Assembly (NCBI RefSeq): GCF_902459465.1
Contig: NC_047070.1
Location: 13,888,001 to 13,952,000, forward strand
Source: Asterias rubens
Lineage: Eukaryota
Reading direction: 5' to 3'
DNA length: 64,000 nt
Shown: positions 61,401 through 64,000 of the stretch, in pieces
How positions within the stretch are numbered: position 1 is the stretch's first letter
Layout: each line of letters starts with the position of its first letter
Position numbers and translations under genes: made by a program
Notes under the pieces: generated by a model
Told to the model about the DNA's origin: nothing
The model's input: the letters and a program-made list of their open reading frames with translations, nothing else
The model's database searches: none

Positions 61401-63827
61401 TTTGTTTGAAAACAAAAAACTATTTCACAAGGCACATATATCTTAGTAGCTAGATCAAGGTACTTAAAGGGAGTGTACACGTTTGGTAATTGTCAAAGAC
61501 CAGTGTTCTCACTTGGTGTATCCCATCATAAGCATAAAATAACAAGCTCTCCAATGCTCATTACCAAGTCAGTTTTTAAGTTAATACTTGTTTTGAGTAA
61601 CTACCAAACGTGTACCTTCCCTTTAATAGCATTATTATACATGTTCATACATTCTTAATCCTCTCAACTCCCAGGGAAACATTTTACGCAAAGCTGCTTA
61701 AATTAGCGCTAAGGGTTTAATCCAATCACAATACTGTCTCAGCCCTCTTAGGTTCCGATAAAATACACCTGGGTTAAGAGAAGCAACTAAGGGTTTAATC
61801 CAATCACAATACTGTCTCAGCCCTCTTAGGTTCCGATAAAATACACCTGGGTTAAGAGAAGCAACTAAGGGTTTAATCCAATCACAATACTGTCTCAGCC
61901 CTCTTAGGTTCCAATAAAATACACCTGGGTTGAGAGAAGCAACTAAGGGTTTAATCCAATCACAGTACTGTCTCAGCCCTCTTAGGTTCCGATAAAATAC
62001 ACATGGGTTAAGAGAAGCAACTAAGGGTTTAATCCAATCACAATACTGTCTCAGCCCTCTTAGGTTCAGTTAAAAATACACCTGGGTTAAGAGAAGCAAC
62101 TAAGGGTTTAATCCAATCACAATACTGTCTCAGCCCTCTTAGGTTCCGATAAAATACACCTGGGTTAAGAGAAGCAACTAAGGGTTTAATCCAATCACAA
62201 TACTGTCTCAGCCCTCTTAGGTTCCGATAAAATACACCTGGGTTAAGAGAAGCAACTAAGGGTTTAATCCAATCACAATACAGTCTCAGCCCTCTTAGGT
62301 TCAGTTAAAAATACACCTGGGTTAAGAGAAGCAACTAAGGGTTTAATCCAATCACAATACTGTCTCAGCCCTCTTAGGTTCCAATAAAATACACCTGGGT
62401 TAAGAGAAGCAACTAAGGGTTTAATCCAATCACAATACTGTCTCAGCCCTCTTAGGTTCCGATAAAATACACCTGGGTTGAGAGAAGCAACTAAGGGTTT
62501 AATCCAATCACAATACTGTCTCAGCCCTCTTAGGTTCCAATAAAATACACCTGGGTTGAGAGAAGCAACTAAGGGTTTAATCCAATCACAGTACTGTCTC
62601 AGCCCTCTTAGGTTCCGATAAAATACACCTGGGTTAAGAGAAGCAACTAAGGGTTTAATCCAATCACAATACTGTCTCAGCCCTCTTAGGTTCCAATAAA
62701 ATACACCTGGGTTGAGAGAAGCAACTAAGGGTTTAATCCAATCACAGTACTGTCTCAGCCCTCTTAGGTTCCGATAAAATACACCGGGGTTAAGAGAAGC
62801 AACTAAGGGTTTAATCCAATCACAATACTGTCTCAGCCCTCTTAGGTTCCAATAAAATACACCTGGGTTGAGAGAAGCAACTAAGGATTTAATCCAATCA
62901 CAGTACTGTCTCAGCCCTCTTAGGTTCCGATAAAATACACCTGGGTTAAGAGAAGCAACTAAGGGTTTAATCCAATCACAGTACTGTCTCAGCCCTCTTA
63001 GGTTCCGATAAAATACACCTGGGTTAAGAAAAGCAACTATGGTTAGGTGCCTTGATCAAGGACACAAGTGTCATGACCGGAAATCGGACCCACACTCCAA
63101 TGCTTCAACCAACAGAAATTGAGTCCAATGCAGTCGACAGCTTGGCCATGACTCACTGATCAAAAGGAAGACTCAGGCCTTGAACTCAAGTTACTTAAAG
63201 ACACTGGACACTGTTGGTAATTGTCAGAGACCAGTCTTCTCACTTGGTGTATCTCAACATATGCATAAAATAACAAACCTGTGAAAATTTGAGCTCAATT
63301 GGTCGTTGAAGTTGCGAGATAACTATGAAAGAAAAACACCCTTGTCACATGAAGTTGTGTGCTTTCAGATGCTTGATTTTAAAACCTCAAAATGTAATTC
63401 TGAGGTCTCAAAATCAAATTCATGGAAAATTAATACTTCTTTCTTGAAAACTACGTCACTTCAGAGGGAGCCGTTTCCCGGAATGTTTTATACTATCAAC
63501 AGCTCCCCATTACTCGTTACCAAGTAAGGTTTTATGCTAATAATTATTTTGAGTAATTACCAATAGTGTCCACTGCCTTAGTGTTTTAATAATCTGAGAA
63601 GCCATTGCAATGATTGTTTCACATGTAAGTTTGGTAATGATGAACATTTAAATTCTTCAACAGGTGTCTTGTATGGACGGGAGACAGCAAGGTGTTTTTC
63701 TTCAATCCATCTACAAGAATGTCGCTATGGGAACGACCTGATGACCTTTATAATAGGGCTGATGTAGATAGGATGATTTTAGAATCTCCACCAGGACTAG
63801 ACAAAGGAAAACAAGAAGAAACAACCG
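52409..63827 (+). CDS. TCERG1: Transcription elongation regulator 1 (TCERG1/CA150), 5' part; continues beyond the window
   Basis: Exons: 52409-52542, 53256-53478, 54798-54971, 56345-56636, 57456-57734, 59004-59240, 59363-59499, 61265-61359, 63664-63827; phases consistent. Pro-rich N-terminus. WW1 [26 protein letters not shown]; WW2 [28 protein letters not shown]3 region [36 protein letters not shown] closely matches the human TCERG1 motif as I recall it. Confidence 0.93.
53696..54051. mobile_element. TTAA-flanked MITE family K4
   Basis: aggatttgggtactttttcaaaatgtcc..ggacattgtg..aaaaagtac. Second copy at ~60803-61214, partial copy at ~51690-51790. Confidence 0.7.
54055..54315 (-). mobile_element. 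tRNA-derived SINE, second family; single-unit version of the sequence amplified at 61709-63036
   Basis: Minus-strand head gtgtcgtggccgagggg, B-box ggttcaaatcc, ctgagcaagacactaaac core. Its body aligns to the 78-bp unit (cctgggt..agagaagcaa). Confidence 0.7.
54441..54765 (+). mobile_element. Second copy of the hammerhead-bearing repeat, with a decayed ribozyme, in TCERG1 intron 2
   Basis: CTGACGATGACAAGAGCAAGCTAGTCGAAACTTTGAGAG followed by the same body as 30710-30960. Helix I is lost and helices II and III are mutated. Confidence 0.65.
57981..58312. mobile_element. MITE with TIR tcgtcgtgtgcccggcaaaagg and internal repeats of the TIR core
   Basis: Inverted ends; tttatt on both flanks (possible TSD, uncertain in AT-rich DNA). 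Confidence 0.6.
61709..63036. repeat. 78-bp tandem repeat x17 inside a minus-strand SINE in TCERG1 intron 8
   Basis: Unit ctaagggtttaatccaatcacaatactgtctcagccctcttaggttccgataaaatacacctgggttaagagaagcaa: 15 units of 78 bp and 2 of 79 bp. A SINE head follows at 63037-63152. Confidence 0.95.
63199..63578. mobile_element. MITE family K1 in TCERG1 intron 8
   Basis: K1 TIRs and interior. Further partial or related copies occur near 500-1050, 4230-4550, 55120-55386 and 61470-61620. Confidence 0.8.
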
Positions 63828-64000
63828 GTAAAGATAACAAATACACCATTCATCTTAAATCTGTAAGATTTGAGGCTTTGAATTTGGTCTTTATTAGTTG
63901 TTTGTATTTTACGTGATGTAGTTATAAGAGCTCTTTAAATGTTTTTGAATCTACCAGAATCTGACCAACAAGACTATCAGAAATCAGTTCGTTTGATCAA

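Noticed and set aside
61709-63036. CRISPR-like regular array
   Set aside because: The units are contiguous near-identical 78-mers with no unique spacers, there are no cas genes, and the array lies in a eukaryotic intron and derives from a SINE.

Overview
This is an AT-rich, intron-containing eukaryotic genomic window, not prokaryotic. DeuSINE-like SINEs, TTAA-flanked MITEs and PAN/fibrinogen lectins suggest a marine invertebrate deuterostome, possibly an echinoderm (inference). I built spliced gene models by hand from GT-AG sites, checking reading-frame phase at every junction. (1) Two minus-strand secreted lectin-like genes. Gene A (1097-16177, 9 exons, 711 aa) is signal peptide-PAN/apple-(PTTAA)x28 stalk-FReD-FReD. 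Gene B (23187-30056, 6 exons, 432 aa) is signal peptide-PAN-Thr-rich stalk-FReD. (2) A histamine N-methyltransferase-like cluster with two intact minus-strand 3-exon copies (33058-36160, 41173-44119) and an inverted orphan last exon (49329-49669). It sits in a segmental duplication, one breakpoint of which falls just past the centre of a foldback element. (3) The 5' part of TCERG1/CA150 (52409 to window end, 9 exons, three WW domains). The non-coding DNA is dense in TTAA-flanked (Kolobok-like) MITEs, Harbinger-like MITEs, hAT-like and CACTA-like non-autonomous elements, SINEs, L2/CR1 and Penelope fragments, and tandem repeats. The most notable observations are a structurally complete minimal type I hammerhead ribozyme in a dispersed ~300-bp repeat (30666-30709, with decayed relatives), a double-FReD gene that looks like a splice-mediated fusion, HNMT-like enzymes with altered substrate-site residues, a CACTA-like insertion carrying exon-like sequence upstream of one HNMT copy, and a 17x78-bp satellite grown inside a SINE. 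No database searches were run; family names come from motif recognition.
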